Shown here: piece after piece, positions 56,245 to 63,808 of the stretch
How the letters are laid out: each line of letters starts with the position of its first letter
How positions within the stretch are numbered: the stretch's first letter is position 1
Source of the DNA: a virus
IMG/VR virus record: IMGVR_UViG_3300025138_000016
Length of the DNA: 64,000 bases
Direction: 5' to 3' (one strand)
Position numbers and translations under genes: made by a program
The notes under the pieces: model-generated
Databases searched by the model: none
What the model saw: the letters and a program-made list of their open reading frames with translations, nothing else
Told to the model about the DNA's origin: nothing

Positions 56245-57027
56245 CTAAATATCAACTGTTGCAGGATATGGCTTAGCATGTTTAAGCCTTTCTTCTTCTG
56301 ATGTCCATTTAAATGTTCTCTGATTATATCGTCCAGCATTCTCATGTAGGGTGGATAGATCCCAGAACTCATTATATATTGTTTTACTTAATATTCTATC
56401 TGGATCAGGTACAGCTTGATTGCATAATTTTTTAAGTTTGCCGTAAGGCAATCCAACCTCTTCAAAAGTTCCTGATAAAGTACAGTCCATTCCATACGTA
56501 AATGCAAAGACCATATCATAACCATATGACTTCCTCCAAGCATCAGCGCTAATTATAAATGAATTGATAGCAAAGTTACCAGCACTGCCAGTAAGCTCTT
56601 TTGTATAGTCATGATAATCAGTTCTACCACCAAAAGGAAACTGGAAGCATAACTTAGCCTCCCTTAGGTTATTGAAGTATTCCACAAACGTTGATACAGA
56701 TGTACTAGTTGCTGTATAGAATGCAGCAGAGCGTGGCTCTGAAAGGTCTAACACTATGTCTAGATCTAATAACGCGTTCCATGTATTGGTTGTCTTACGC
56801 ATTAGAATATTTCTTGCTACTTCATTACCCCAACCAAGATCTTCTGTAATACGATGACCTTTCCAGTAGTCAGGAAGCATATCTCTTGTTAAAGGATGAT
56901 TAGGTGAACCGTCATCTATTATAGAGAAGTCAAAACCATCTTTATATGGTTCGTAGAACCTAACGACATCCTGAAGTAGCTCAGGATTATCATAATAGGT
57001 ATAGTTAATTCTTATTTTTTCACTCAC
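56245..57027 (-). CDS. Glycosyltransferase family 2-like protein
   Basis: IIDDGS, ARNI, LLDLD, GYD...YG.D motifs. Confidence 0.7.
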   Translation of the reverse strand: MSEKIRINYTYYDNPELLQDVVRFYEPYKDGFDFSIIDDGSPNHPLTRDMLPDYWKGHRITEDLGWGNEVARNILMRKTTNTWNALLDLDIVLDLSEPRSAAFYTATSTSVSTFVEYFNNLREAKLCFQFPFGGRTDYHDYTKELTGSAGNFAINSFIISADAWRKSYGYDMVFAFTYGMDCTLSGTFEEVGLPYGKLKKLCNQAVPDPDRILSKTIYNEFWDLSTLHENAGRYNQRTFKWTSEEERLKHAKPYPATVDI

Positions 57028-57550
57028 GTGCTAGGTCATCCCACTTATTATCTTCGATATAAAATATTTGTATTGATCTTCTCACCTTATCAGTAACATA
57101 AACAGGTGCTGTGCAATGAAGTAAAGGTGTTTTATAGAATACTGCATCACCATAACTAGGGACAGTAGTAATAATACCAGTGTCATTGTAAGCCATACCC
57201 CAACCACCCCAGTCAATATCCCATTCATAGTTTAAAAATATAGTTAAACCACCATAATAATGCTTGTCTGCATGAGGAGGTATGAATCCACCAGCAGATA
57301 TCTCATGTAAACCTATTTTGGCTGAGTAATTATCAGGAATCTCTAGTAATTTACGTATGGGATCGAATCTTTTGTCGTTATGACCGTATGGATATGAGTA
57401 TTGATGCAGTTGACCGACAGCTGATTCAGGAAAATTGAAGTCTTTTTCGTAGTTATTGAATAAATCGTTGTGATCTAGGTCATCAGGTACACAATTCTTC
57501 AGCTTTATTACTTGTCCATCTAACATGGTGTCAATAATTTCTGGTTTCAT
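57020..57550 (-). CDS. 2OG-Fe(II) oxygenase (prolyl hydroxylase-like)
   Basis: PPHAD, IFLNYEWDIDWGG, LHC...RRSIQIF. Confidence 0.8.
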   Translation of the reverse strand: MKPEIIDTMLDGQVIKLKNCVPDDLDHNDLFNNYEKDFNFPESAVGQLHQYSYPYGHNDKRFDPIRKLLEIPDNYSAKIGLHEISAGGFIPPHADKHYYGGLTIFLNYEWDIDWGGWGMAYNDTGIITTVPSYGDAVFYKTPLLHCTAPVYVTDKVRRSIQIFYIEDNKWDDLARE

Positions 57551-57570
57551 ATGTATTACTCTCTTTAGTT

Positions 57571-57646
57571 TGGTGCGCCCACCAGGACTTGAACCTGGAA
57601 CCTACAGCTTAGAAGGCTGTTGCTCTATCCATTGAGCTACAGGCGC
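57571..57646 (-). tRNA. tRNA-Arg(UCU)
   Basis: ACAGC-CTTCTAA-GCTGT anticodon arm, CCAGG-TTCAAGT-CCTGG T-arm, encoded CCA. Confidence 0.95.
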
Positions 57647-57653
57647 TTTCAAA

Positions 57654-57974
57654 CTACTGCTTTTGCTTCTTTGTACGTACCTTTCCTTTATAATATACTG
57701 GAATAGCCCACCAAGGCAAGTTTCTTTTGTCAGCTTTAGACATATCGTAGTGATATTCTATGCCATCTTTAACCCAAGCAACGTGATAACCCCACCATGC
57801 ATTACTTTTATACCATTTAGCCCTACCACCATCAGTAATAAGCTTCTCTAGTACAAAGAAGTAACAATTATTGCGGGTATTATCTATTAGCCTGTAAGGC
57901 CATGACCAAAAGAGAACGACCATAAAGGCAAACGTGTTTAATCTAAGAAAATATTTATTATTCTTCACGCGCAT
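57654..57974 (-). CDS. Hypothetical protein
   Basis: 106 aa, Trp/Tyr-rich, overlaps the upstream ORF. Confidence 0.55.
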   Translation of the reverse strand: MRVKNNKYFLRLNTFAFMVVLFWSWPYRLIDNTRNNCYFFVLEKLITDGGRAKWYKSNAWWGYHVAWVKDGIEYHYDMSKADKRNLPWWAIPVYYKGKVRTKKQKQ

Positions 57975-58125
57975 CGTATACTTCTTCCATGATGCCTAGT
58001 ACTTCGGCGACAGCAAAACCAGCCGCCAGTATAAAGACGGACGAAGTCTGCATTGCTACGAAGCAAGATAAAATTCTTAAGATTGATTTAATGAGTGAGA
58101 TGTTGAAATGATTGAGATGATTCAT
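57958..58125 (-). CDS. 55-aa membrane protein
   Basis: Own translation: MNHLNHFNISLIKSILRILSCF...AEVLGIMEEV. Confidence 0.6.
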   Translation of the reverse strand: MNHLNHFNISLIKSILRILSCFVAMQTSSVFILAAGFAVAEVLGIMEEVYDAREE

Positions 58126-58228
58126 AATGTATCCAGTTTGTTAATAATAAGCTTAGTACTGGCCGGGGTCCCAATAGACATTAATATGTATCTATTATAT
58201 GTCTGCAAGACTCCCAGCTAGTTCACCA

Positions 58229-58393
58229 TTACGCGAACGTAAGAAATAATAAAAGTATAATAACTAATCCAAATATAAGTCCTTTAAAGAACGATAACCA
58301 CATCATGTGATAATCATCCAGTCGAAGAGCCTTTTGAAAAGCAAATATTCTTTGCTCGTGCCATTCGAAGAACTTTCTAATAGATCGGTCCAT
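58229..58393 (-). CDS. 54-aa membrane protein
   Basis: Own translation: MDRSIRKFFEWHE...GLIFGLVIILLLFLTFA; GGGAGG RBS. Confidence 0.65.
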   Translation of the reverse strand: MDRSIRKFFEWHEQRIFAFQKALRLDDYHMMWLSFFKGLIFGLVIILLLFLTFA

Positions 58394-58432
58394 ATAACCT
58401 CCCTTACTTAAAAGCTGTAGATGTATTTAGGC

Positions 58433-58459
58433 AAAAAAAAGGAGCCCGAAGGCCCCTTT
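58433..58459 (-). terminator. Intrinsic terminator
   Basis: GGGGCC-TTCG-GGCTCC followed by T8. Confidence 0.85.
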
Positions 58460-58476
58460 GAATAAGACCACTTAAA

Positions 58477-58743
58477 CTAAGCAGCAACTCCAGAAGCTAA
58501 AGCTCTGTAACCGGCAGCTACAACTGCTCTCGTTGGTGTACCAGCTCTGTAGAACGTCTTTGTACGTCCTTGCGAGTCGGTCTTCTTATTAGCGTAGACC
58601 GCTACACCTGAGTTCAATCTAATTTCGCTAATGCGAGCCTTGATTGACGCTGGCGTTGAGTTATAAAAGCTTGCCATTTGTGCGGCAGTCCTTTCATTCT
58701 TTTCAACAACTAAAGTGTTGAATACTTTATCAAATAGTGACAT
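58477..58743 (-). CDS. Small HTH-like DNA-binding protein
   Basis: TAAQMASFY...IKARISEIR...YRAGTPTRAVVAAG; GGAG RBS; terminator follows. Confidence 0.65.
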   Translation of the reverse strand: MSLFDKVFNTLVVEKNERTAAQMASFYNSTPASIKARISEIRLNSGVAVYANKKTDSQGRTKTFYRAGTPTRAVVAAGYRALASGVAA

Positions 58744-58796
58744 ATGTCTTCTCCATAATGATTAATAAAATTATACATCTTTCAACGTATACCTAA

Positions 58797-58997
58797 TTAT
58801 AAGGGCTTTTCGGCCTCAGTGCAACTATTATTTACCTTCTTTAAGAACAACGTATCGTCATCCTTATAAGTCAGCTCAAACATATCACCTGGTTTAAAGC
58901 CTTGCGTATCATCTCGTAAGAACAATCTATTAAGACCATCCTCATACCAATGAAACCCTTCCTTTGATATATCGACCTTGTAGTCCATATAACGCAT
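58797..58997 (-). CDS. Hypothetical protein
   Basis: AGGAG RBS; TTGCAT-N17-TATAAT promoter at about 59030-59058. Confidence 0.6.
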   Translation of the reverse strand: MRYMDYKVDISKEGFHWYEDGLNRLFLRDDTQGFKPGDMFELTYKDDDTLFLKKVNNSCTEAEKPL

Positions 58998-59067
58998 TAC
59001 ACATTCTCCTTTTATCAGCGTGTCTATATATTATAGCACGTAGTGCTTTGCGATGCAAGAAAAATTT

Positions 59068-59310
59068 CTAACTAATTTCCTTACTCTTTAGCATCTTGAA
59101 CAATAGTTCAATGAGCGGATCAACGAGAAAGTCCTTATGTATGGCAGGTGCTATGTTTAAGGTCTGCTTATTCACTATACCTGTGTTAAGAAACTCTCCT
59201 ATTGTTATGTTAGTAGGACCATGTAACATACATCTTATGTCAATAGCCTCATCTCTATCATTAACAATACGTTCATTCAGTATCTCTATCTTAGTTTTTG
59301 GTTGTTCCAT
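59068..59310 (-). CDS. Hypothetical protein
   Basis: AAGGAG RBS; upstream TATAAT box. Confidence 0.6.
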   Translation of the reverse strand: MEQPKTKIEILNERIVNDRDEAIDIRCMLHGPTNITIGEFLNTGIVNKQTLNIAPAIHKDFLVDPLIELLFKMLKSKEIS

Positions 59311-59368
59311 AATACTCCTTTTATGTATACCATATTATAGTATACTATGCTAAATAGATCTACTAATA

Positions 59369-59444
59369 GGAGCTGTAGTTCATGTTGGTATTGAACGGCC
59401 TCATAGCAGGCAAGTTGCTGGTTCGAATCCAGCCAGCTCCACCA
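59369..59444 (+). ncRNA. tRNA-like RNA with shortened anticodon arm (CAT-containing loop)
   Basis: Perfect GGAGCTG/CAGCTCC acceptor + ACCA, GTTC/GAAC D-stem, GCTGG-TTCGAAT-CCAGC T-arm; anticodon arm only 14 nt. Confidence 0.75.
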
Positions 59445-59600
59445 CCCCTCAGATACAATGTCTAGAGCGCAGAAAAAAACGCGCCAAAAAAATCCATATC
59501 CCAATTCTCAGAAAACGGTTTAACCTCTTTGAGAGATCGCGTACTAAGTCAATTGTTTGGGTACCTGGAGATATAGAGAAAAGTCTACCCCGAACGAGAC

Positions 59601-59626
59601 AAAAAAAAGGCTCCGTGAGGAGCCTT
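59601..59626 (-). terminator. Intrinsic terminator of the DUF932 gene
   Basis: GGCTCC-TCAC-GGAGCC followed by T8. Confidence 0.85.
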
Positions 59627-59644
59627 CTTAGTAGGTTTCCCTTC

Positions 59645-60586
59645 CTACGCCGCAACCTCCAATGCGGTCTCTAAAGCCTTAAGCTTCAGATTCTTAGATT
59701 GGCCATACCAGGCTGATTGCAACCTAACATCGTTGTTAGATCCTCTTTCATGATCTGTGAAATAAGTCACAGCGTTGAAAGCATTCCACCAGCTACCTGG
59801 TTTGTAGTTAGCACCTGGAGAAGTCTCTAGCAGGTCATATACACGTTTAGCCGGAGTACTAAGCTCTTGAGCATGTAACGTCTTACTTCTTTCCTTCTTA
59901 CTATAAGTAGGGAACAAGCCATCTAAGTAAGCCAATACCTCAGCCTTCTTATACTTCTTAGCACCTAAGTGCTCAGCCATTTCCTTGTAATCGGATAACT
60001 TAACGTTAGCAATTCCAAGCATCTCTTTCACATTGTCAGCATCAAATGCTTTCTTGTGATTCAACTTAACTGCATTCTTAGATGAAGAGTTAAGAGATAG
60101 CGTAAGTGTATTGTTACATACAACTCTGATAGGCGTAAACCTAACATCAATACTCTGCCCAAACTTATGAGGGTTTGAGAAAAGCAGATACGAATCAACT
60201 TGATCACCGCCAAACAATTCAAATGAATCTTTGACCTTAGCAAGTACCCATACAATCTTTCCGTCTTGAAGACTTCCAGCTGTATGCATTTCCATATCAC
60301 CTTTAAGACAAAAGTCATTAAAGAATTGAAATGCAGTATCGTTCTGGCAAGGCTGCCATTCGTCACCAACTACATCAAGTACACTTTGATCAGAACTTCT
60401 GATCAACGCTTTCTTCTTAGGTACAACAATACCTTCCGAAGTTACAAGAGACTGTTTCTCAACAGCCCAATCAAGACCTGCAGCAATCTGCATGTCATAA
60501 GGAAGTAGATCACTCTCTACTTTAGTACCAAGCCCATGCCAGGGAAGTTGTCCCGCGTAAGCCATCGTTTCTACATTATGTGCCAT
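59645..60586 (-). CDS. DUF932 family protein
   Basis: MAHNVETMAY...PWHGLG, TPIRVVCNNTL, WNAFNAVTYFTDH; GGAGG RBS. Confidence 0.9.
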   Translation of the reverse strand: MAHNVETMAYAGQLPWHGLGTKVESDLLPYDMQIAAGLDWAVEKQSLVTSEGIVVPKKKALIRSSDQSVLDVVGDEWQPCQNDTAFQFFNDFCLKGDMEMHTAGSLQDGKIVWVLAKVKDSFELFGGDQVDSYLLFSNPHKFGQSIDVRFTPIRVVCNNTLTLSLNSSSKNAVKLNHKKAFDADNVKEMLGIANVKLSDYKEMAEHLGAKKYKKAEVLAYLDGLFPTYSKKERSKTLHAQELSTPAKRVYDLLETSPGANYKPGSWWNAFNAVTYFTDHERGSNNDVRLQSAWYGQSKNLKLKALETALEVAA

Positions 60587-60697
60587 AATTAAATCCTCCT
60601 ATATTTGTGATTATTAAAGCCCGTTTATTATATGAACTTGAGCGAGAATATCTAGTTTTATCTAGTAACAAGACTGAAATAAAAAAAAAGAAATTTC

Positions 60698-60826
60698 TAG
60701 CCATATGTCTAATTAGCATATAAAATCGCTCACTTCCAATAACTGGATTTTATACTAGATCGGGTCTCAAGTCAACTGAGAGTTTTAAAAGGTTTCGATT
60801 TTATATTCAGACCCGTACCAAGTCAA
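60698..60826. promoter_or_regulatory. Three sigma70-type promoters of the ATA-TAAAAT class, one + facing two -
   Basis: +60698-60726 TAGCCA-N17-TAAAAT; -60747-60775 and -60798-60826 TTGACT-N17-TAAAAT. Confidence 0.7.
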
Positions 60827-60841
60827 GCTCTTTTTCGAAAC

Positions 60842-60864
60842 AAAAAAACCCGGCCGAAGCCGGG
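60842..60864 (-). terminator. Intrinsic terminator
   Basis: CCCGGC-TTCG-GCCGGG followed by T7. Confidence 0.88.
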
Positions 60865-60884
60865 CAAAGGTTTAGGGGGTCCTT

Positions 60885-61082
60885 TTAAACGACGAATAAC
60901 CAGAGTAGCAAGAAGCTCAATGCTGCTCCAATCACCATAGTAATACAGAAGGTTAAGAACTCATGTCGCGATATCCATCTGTTTATATACCTGTTATTAT
61001 CTGCACCAATGATTGATGATACCTTTCTATCAAACCATGCATCAATTGCTGCAGCGTTCTTCATCTGTTGTTTAGTTGGCAT
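60885..61082 (-). CDS. Small protein with C-terminal TM helix
   Basis: Start moved to Met 61082 (GGAGG RBS). Confidence 0.6.
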   Translation of the reverse strand: MPTKQQMKNAAAIDAWFDRKVSSIIGADNNRYINRWISRHEFLTFCITMVIGAALSFLLLWLFVV

Positions 61083-61263
61083 GTGAGCCCTCCTTTGTCC
61101 AAGCTGTGAATATATCCATGGCAACATTTCGATTAACGCCAAAGGTATCTTGTACCTCTCTTGGCGCTCCAAACATGTTGATGGATCCTTCTTCTCTCAA
61201 ATCATCCAGGAATGTAAACACCTGTGACTTAAGTTCATTATCGATACCTTCTATATAAGACAT
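61072..61263 (-). CDS. Conserved small phage protein
   Basis: Start moved to 61263 (AAGGAGG RBS); FLDDLREEGSINMFGA motif. Confidence 0.7.
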   Translation of the reverse strand: MSYIEGIDNELKSQVFTFLDDLREEGSINMFGAPREVQDTFGVNRNVAMDIFTAWTKEGSHAN

Positions 61264-61264
61264 A

Positions 61265-61450
61265 TTATGCCCTCCTTGATGAGTACTTGGATAACCAGGC
61301 CCCATAATAAATGTTGAAAAGATCCCAAGATGCTTGATCAGTCAATTTGACATCTCTCCACAGCTCGCGCTCTTTTCGGTTTAAATAAGACCACTGCTGG
61401 TAGTTTTCAGTATGTGATCGCTCTTCGTTATAAATGAATTGCTTATGCAT
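61265..61450 (-). CDS. Small hypothetical protein
   Basis: Start moved to 61450 (GGAGG RBS); TTGTAA-N17-TACAAT promoter upstream. Confidence 0.65.
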   Translation of the reverse strand: MHKQFIYNEERSHTENYQQWSYLNRKERELWRDVKLTDQASWDLFNIYYGAWLSKYSSRRA

Positions 61451-61503
61451 TTCTAATCCTCCAATTGTTAATACCCCTATATTGTAACTTCTTTTTTCAC
61501 AAA

Positions 61504-61626
61504 TTACAACAGGAAGGGGACAAGAGAGATGATTACTGTTAACCACCAAACCAATAGAACCAGAATATTAATAGCCTTAATCAATCCCCAGATTGGTGCG
61601 AAGAATTGCTTAAGTGCGTTTACCAA
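61504..61626 (-). CDS. 40-aa hydrophobic peptide
   Basis: TTG start, AAGGGG RBS; MVNALKQFFAPIWGLIKAINILVLLVWWLTVIISLVPFLL. Confidence 0.5.
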   Translation of the reverse strand: MVNALKQFFAPIWGLIKAINILVLLVWWLTVIISLVPFLL

Positions 61627-61764
61627 GTTGAAATCCCCTTTTAACTAAATTTTCTACTCTCATTAATAGTAAGATAAAACATACTATATATCCATATAGT
61701 ACTTCAAAATAAACTATAATAAAGTAGTTGAACTAATTCAAAAAAGAGCCATAATGTGTGTCTG

Positions 61765-61896
61765 ATGAAAAAGTTACTTAATATAATCTGGTTGACAATG
61801 AAATGGACTCTCATAGCCTTTGGTGGTTTTGTGATCTTGATCTTTGCATGTATGTTGTTTGGCGACCAGAGTACTAAGCAGCATTTTAGTCAGTGA
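61765..61896 (+). CDS. 43-aa hydrophobic peptide, near-leaderless
   Basis: MKKLLNIIWLTMKWTLIAFGGFVILIFACMLFGDQSTKQHFSQ; TTGAAC-N16-CATAAT just upstream; terminator downstream. Confidence 0.5.
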   Translation: MKKLLNIIWLTMKWTLIAFGGFVILIFACMLFGDQSTKQHFSQ

Positions 61897-61935
61897 TCCT
61901 TGATAGGCCCCCCCTATCAGGTTTCTACTCCTCCT

Positions 61936-61963
61936 GCCACCCCTTCGGGGGTGGCTTTTTTTT
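61936..61963 (+). terminator. Intrinsic terminator
   Basis: GCCACCCC-TTCG-GGGGTGGC followed by T8. Confidence 0.9.
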
Positions 61964-61977
61964 GTGGGAAATAAAGC

Positions 61978-62066
61978 TTGCATTTGTTCGAAGCTGCATA
62001 TAAAATCGCGCGCTTTCAAAATTAATGAAATAAACAGTTGCCTTAGGTCACATTAGCGCCGACAAT
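61978..62066 (+). promoter_or_regulatory. Tandem sigma70-type promoters upstream of the large ncRNA
   Basis: TTGCAT-N17-TAAAAT (61978-62006) and TTGCCT-N17-GACAAT (62038-62066), each with an A-rich upstream tract. Confidence 0.7.
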
Positions 62067-62072
62067 AGTGTT

Positions 62073-62692
62073 AACTTAGCAGGGGCTATATGGACGAAGC
62101 GCTCTAAACAATCTAAGTATCGTGATCGGACTGAAATGTTTGTAAGGGGTACAATAGATCAAGGGAAGGGCTTAAAGGTGATACCACTTCTGGAACGTCG
62201 TAGACAGAACTTGACTTAATCAATCAAGCCTTAAAGTCGCAGACTCTCCATCCAGCTAAGCGGGGTTCCTTGAGGGACTAGATTGGAATACTGAACCGTG
62301 TCAGACCGACTTAATGGATATGGACACCGCGGTAGAGTCAAGCGAAGGCGATCTTAATGATACACCTTATGCAGCCGAGTCATAAAAAGTCAGACTTGTT
62401 GGCCATACAATCTAAGACCAAGCAGTAGGGATCCCGGCCCCACCTTTTTCAGAGAACCTGGCAAGTTTAGCGACCGGCCCAGGAAAGCTCGAAACTGGAC
62501 TGCAACCATTAGCGATGGAAGCGTGAGCAGAGCTCCTATGTAGATGCGAACTCACACCGAAAGGTAGTAGTAGGTGATATGAGAACTATAGATAACTCAA
62601 GTAACCCTACCTTCGCACGGACCAGGATCCAGTATCGCTCTAGCGAGTGATAGAAATGCCCCTAAGGTTAAAAGCGTTAGGGGCACTTTTTT
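62073..62692 (+). ncRNA. Candidate large structured non-coding RNA, about 620 nt
   Basis: Bounded by promoter and terminator, no ORF of 60 aa or more, GC-richer than flanks, many hairpins and long-range complementarities. Confidence 0.7.
62657..62692 (+). terminator. Intrinsic terminator closing the ncRNA
   Basis: TGCCCCTAA/TTAGGGGCA 9-bp stem followed by CTTTTTT. Confidence 0.8.
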
Positions 62693-62706
62693 GTTTGAAA
62701 TAAAGC

Positions 62707-62735
62707 TTGACTTTTTTCGGGGTTGAATATAAAAT
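62707..62735 (+). promoter_or_regulatory. ATA-TAAAAT class promoter with no downstream + strand gene
   Basis: TTGACT-N17-TAAAAT, followed by a GC hairpin at 62748-62777. Confidence 0.65.
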
Positions 62736-62788
62736 TGGCTGCTTGAAACTCGGCGAGCAGATCTGCCCGCGCGAGTTAAGAATAAGTC

Positions 62789-62866
62789 TTATTCAGCTTT
62801 TGTGATGAGAGCAGCAATCACTACAATTGCTACTAACATTCCTAGCGTCACTAGAACGCTATCCAC
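62789..62866 (-). CDS. 25-aa single-TM peptide
   Basis: GTG start overlapping the upstream stop; MDSVLVTLGMLVAIVVIAALITKAE. Confidence 0.5.
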   Translation of the reverse strand: MDSVLVTLGMLVAIVVIAALITKAE

Positions 62867-63059
62867 GATTGAGCTCGTCGATCCTTGCTGGAATGACGCG
62901 ATGAACATTGCACTCGTTGCAGCATCTCGTATCTGCAATCGGAAGAGCATTATGCCCTCCTTCCCAAACCACCTCGCCGGTTGTTGGCGATCTTAGCGGC
63001 TCGATGTAACCGGAACAAAGTCCGCATCGTCTTGAATTAATGTCTGTTACGTTTGTCAT
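62859..63059 (-). CDS. Small Cys-rich (zinc-finger-like) protein
   Basis: CGLC ... GHNALP ... RCCNECN..VIPARI; AAGGAG RBS. Confidence 0.7.
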   Translation of the reverse strand: MTNVTDINSRRCGLCSGYIEPLRSPTTGEVVWEGGHNALPIADTRCCNECNVHRVIPARIDELNRG

Positions 63060-63142
63060 TTTCTACTCCTTAATTTATTAAATGATAAACTAATTATAGC
63101 TACTCAGGCGAGAAGTTCTACTGAAATGAAAAATTAAAAAGC

Positions 63143-63234
63143 TTGCCTTGGAAGGGGTCAGTATATAAAATCGAGCGCTTTGTACGGCGCTCTTCAAAGG
63201 CTGCGATTTTATATTCTTCTTCAAACAAAGGCAA
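63143..63234. promoter_or_regulatory. Face-to-face pair of ATA-TAAAAT class promoters at the strand switch
   Basis: +63143-63171 and -63206-63234, both TTGCCT-N17-TAAAAT; GAGCGC/GCGCTC hairpin between them. Confidence 0.7.
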
Positions 63235-63311
63235 GTAATTTAATTTAAAAATAAAGTTGATTAGTTAGTGCTCTGAATCCATAATTAAGGTTCATTAATA
63301 AGAGGAGTAGA

Positions 63312-63569
63312 ATGATGCAGCAATTAAGCTTAAGATTTGATAAAGAAGAGATCATGGAAGGCAACATTAGTAGGGCTAGGCATGGTGGGTGTTATGATAG
63401 AGGGTCAGCTGATTCCTATTATGGTAGAGCCAAGTCACCACATTACTTTGTAGGTGCCACTCTCAAGTCAGAAAGAGTTTGTATAGATCAGATGAATCAG
63501 TTTCAGATTCAAGAGTACAATCATGGTTATAATGATAATGAAAAGCAAGGTAACAAAAAAGAATGGTGA
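63312..63569 (+). CDS. Conserved small phage protein
   Basis: RHGGCYDRGSADSYYGR motif; GAGGAG RBS; TTGATT-N17-CATAAT promoter. Confidence 0.75.
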   Translation: MMQQLSLRFDKEEIMEGNISRARHGGCYDRGSADSYYGRAKSPHYFVGATLKSERVCIDQMNQFQIQEYNHGYNDNEKQGNKKEW

Positions 63570-63640
63570 GCCAACTAGAGTTTCTAGCCTTCATGCTTCT
63601 TCTGATATATGGAGTTGTGTTGTTGGCTAGAGACAAGTAA
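63563..63640 (+). CDS. 25-aa single-TM peptide
   Basis: MVSQLEFLAFMLLLIYGVVLLARDK; overlaps the upstream stop. Confidence 0.5.
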   Translation: MVSQLEFLAFMLLLIYGVVLLARDK

Positions 63641-63661
63641 GACTTGGAACCTACTTTTAGG

Positions 63662-63686
63662 AAGGCTCACTAGAGCCTTTCTTTTT
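63662..63686 (+). terminator. Intrinsic terminator
   Basis: AAGGCTC-ACTA-GAGCCTT followed by TCTTTTT. Confidence 0.75.
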
Positions 63687-63808
63687 GTTTAAAATGAGTA
63701 GTTGATTTTTATCTCATTTGCATATAAAATTGCAAACCCTTAAAGTTTTTATAGTTATTTTAGTGAGTTGAGATTATAATAAGGTAAGTAATTATAAAGG
63801 AGTAGATT

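Noticed and set aside
59286-59655. Track ORFs 59286-59504 and 59449-59655
   Set aside because: They overlap the tRNA-like gene and a terminator, and lack an RBS
61774-62019. Track ORF on the minus strand
   Set aside because: Crosses a + strand terminator and promoter; the + strand peptide unit explains the region better
62073-62692. tmRNA, RNase P RNA or group I intron identity for the large RNA
   Set aside because: It starts GGGGCT but has no T-arm/CCA end, and the tmRNA-like end at 59444 pairs with its own 5' strand 2.6 kb away; AGGAAAGCTC pairs locally and lacks the RNase P 3' P4 strand; no interrupted gene or intron core is recognisable
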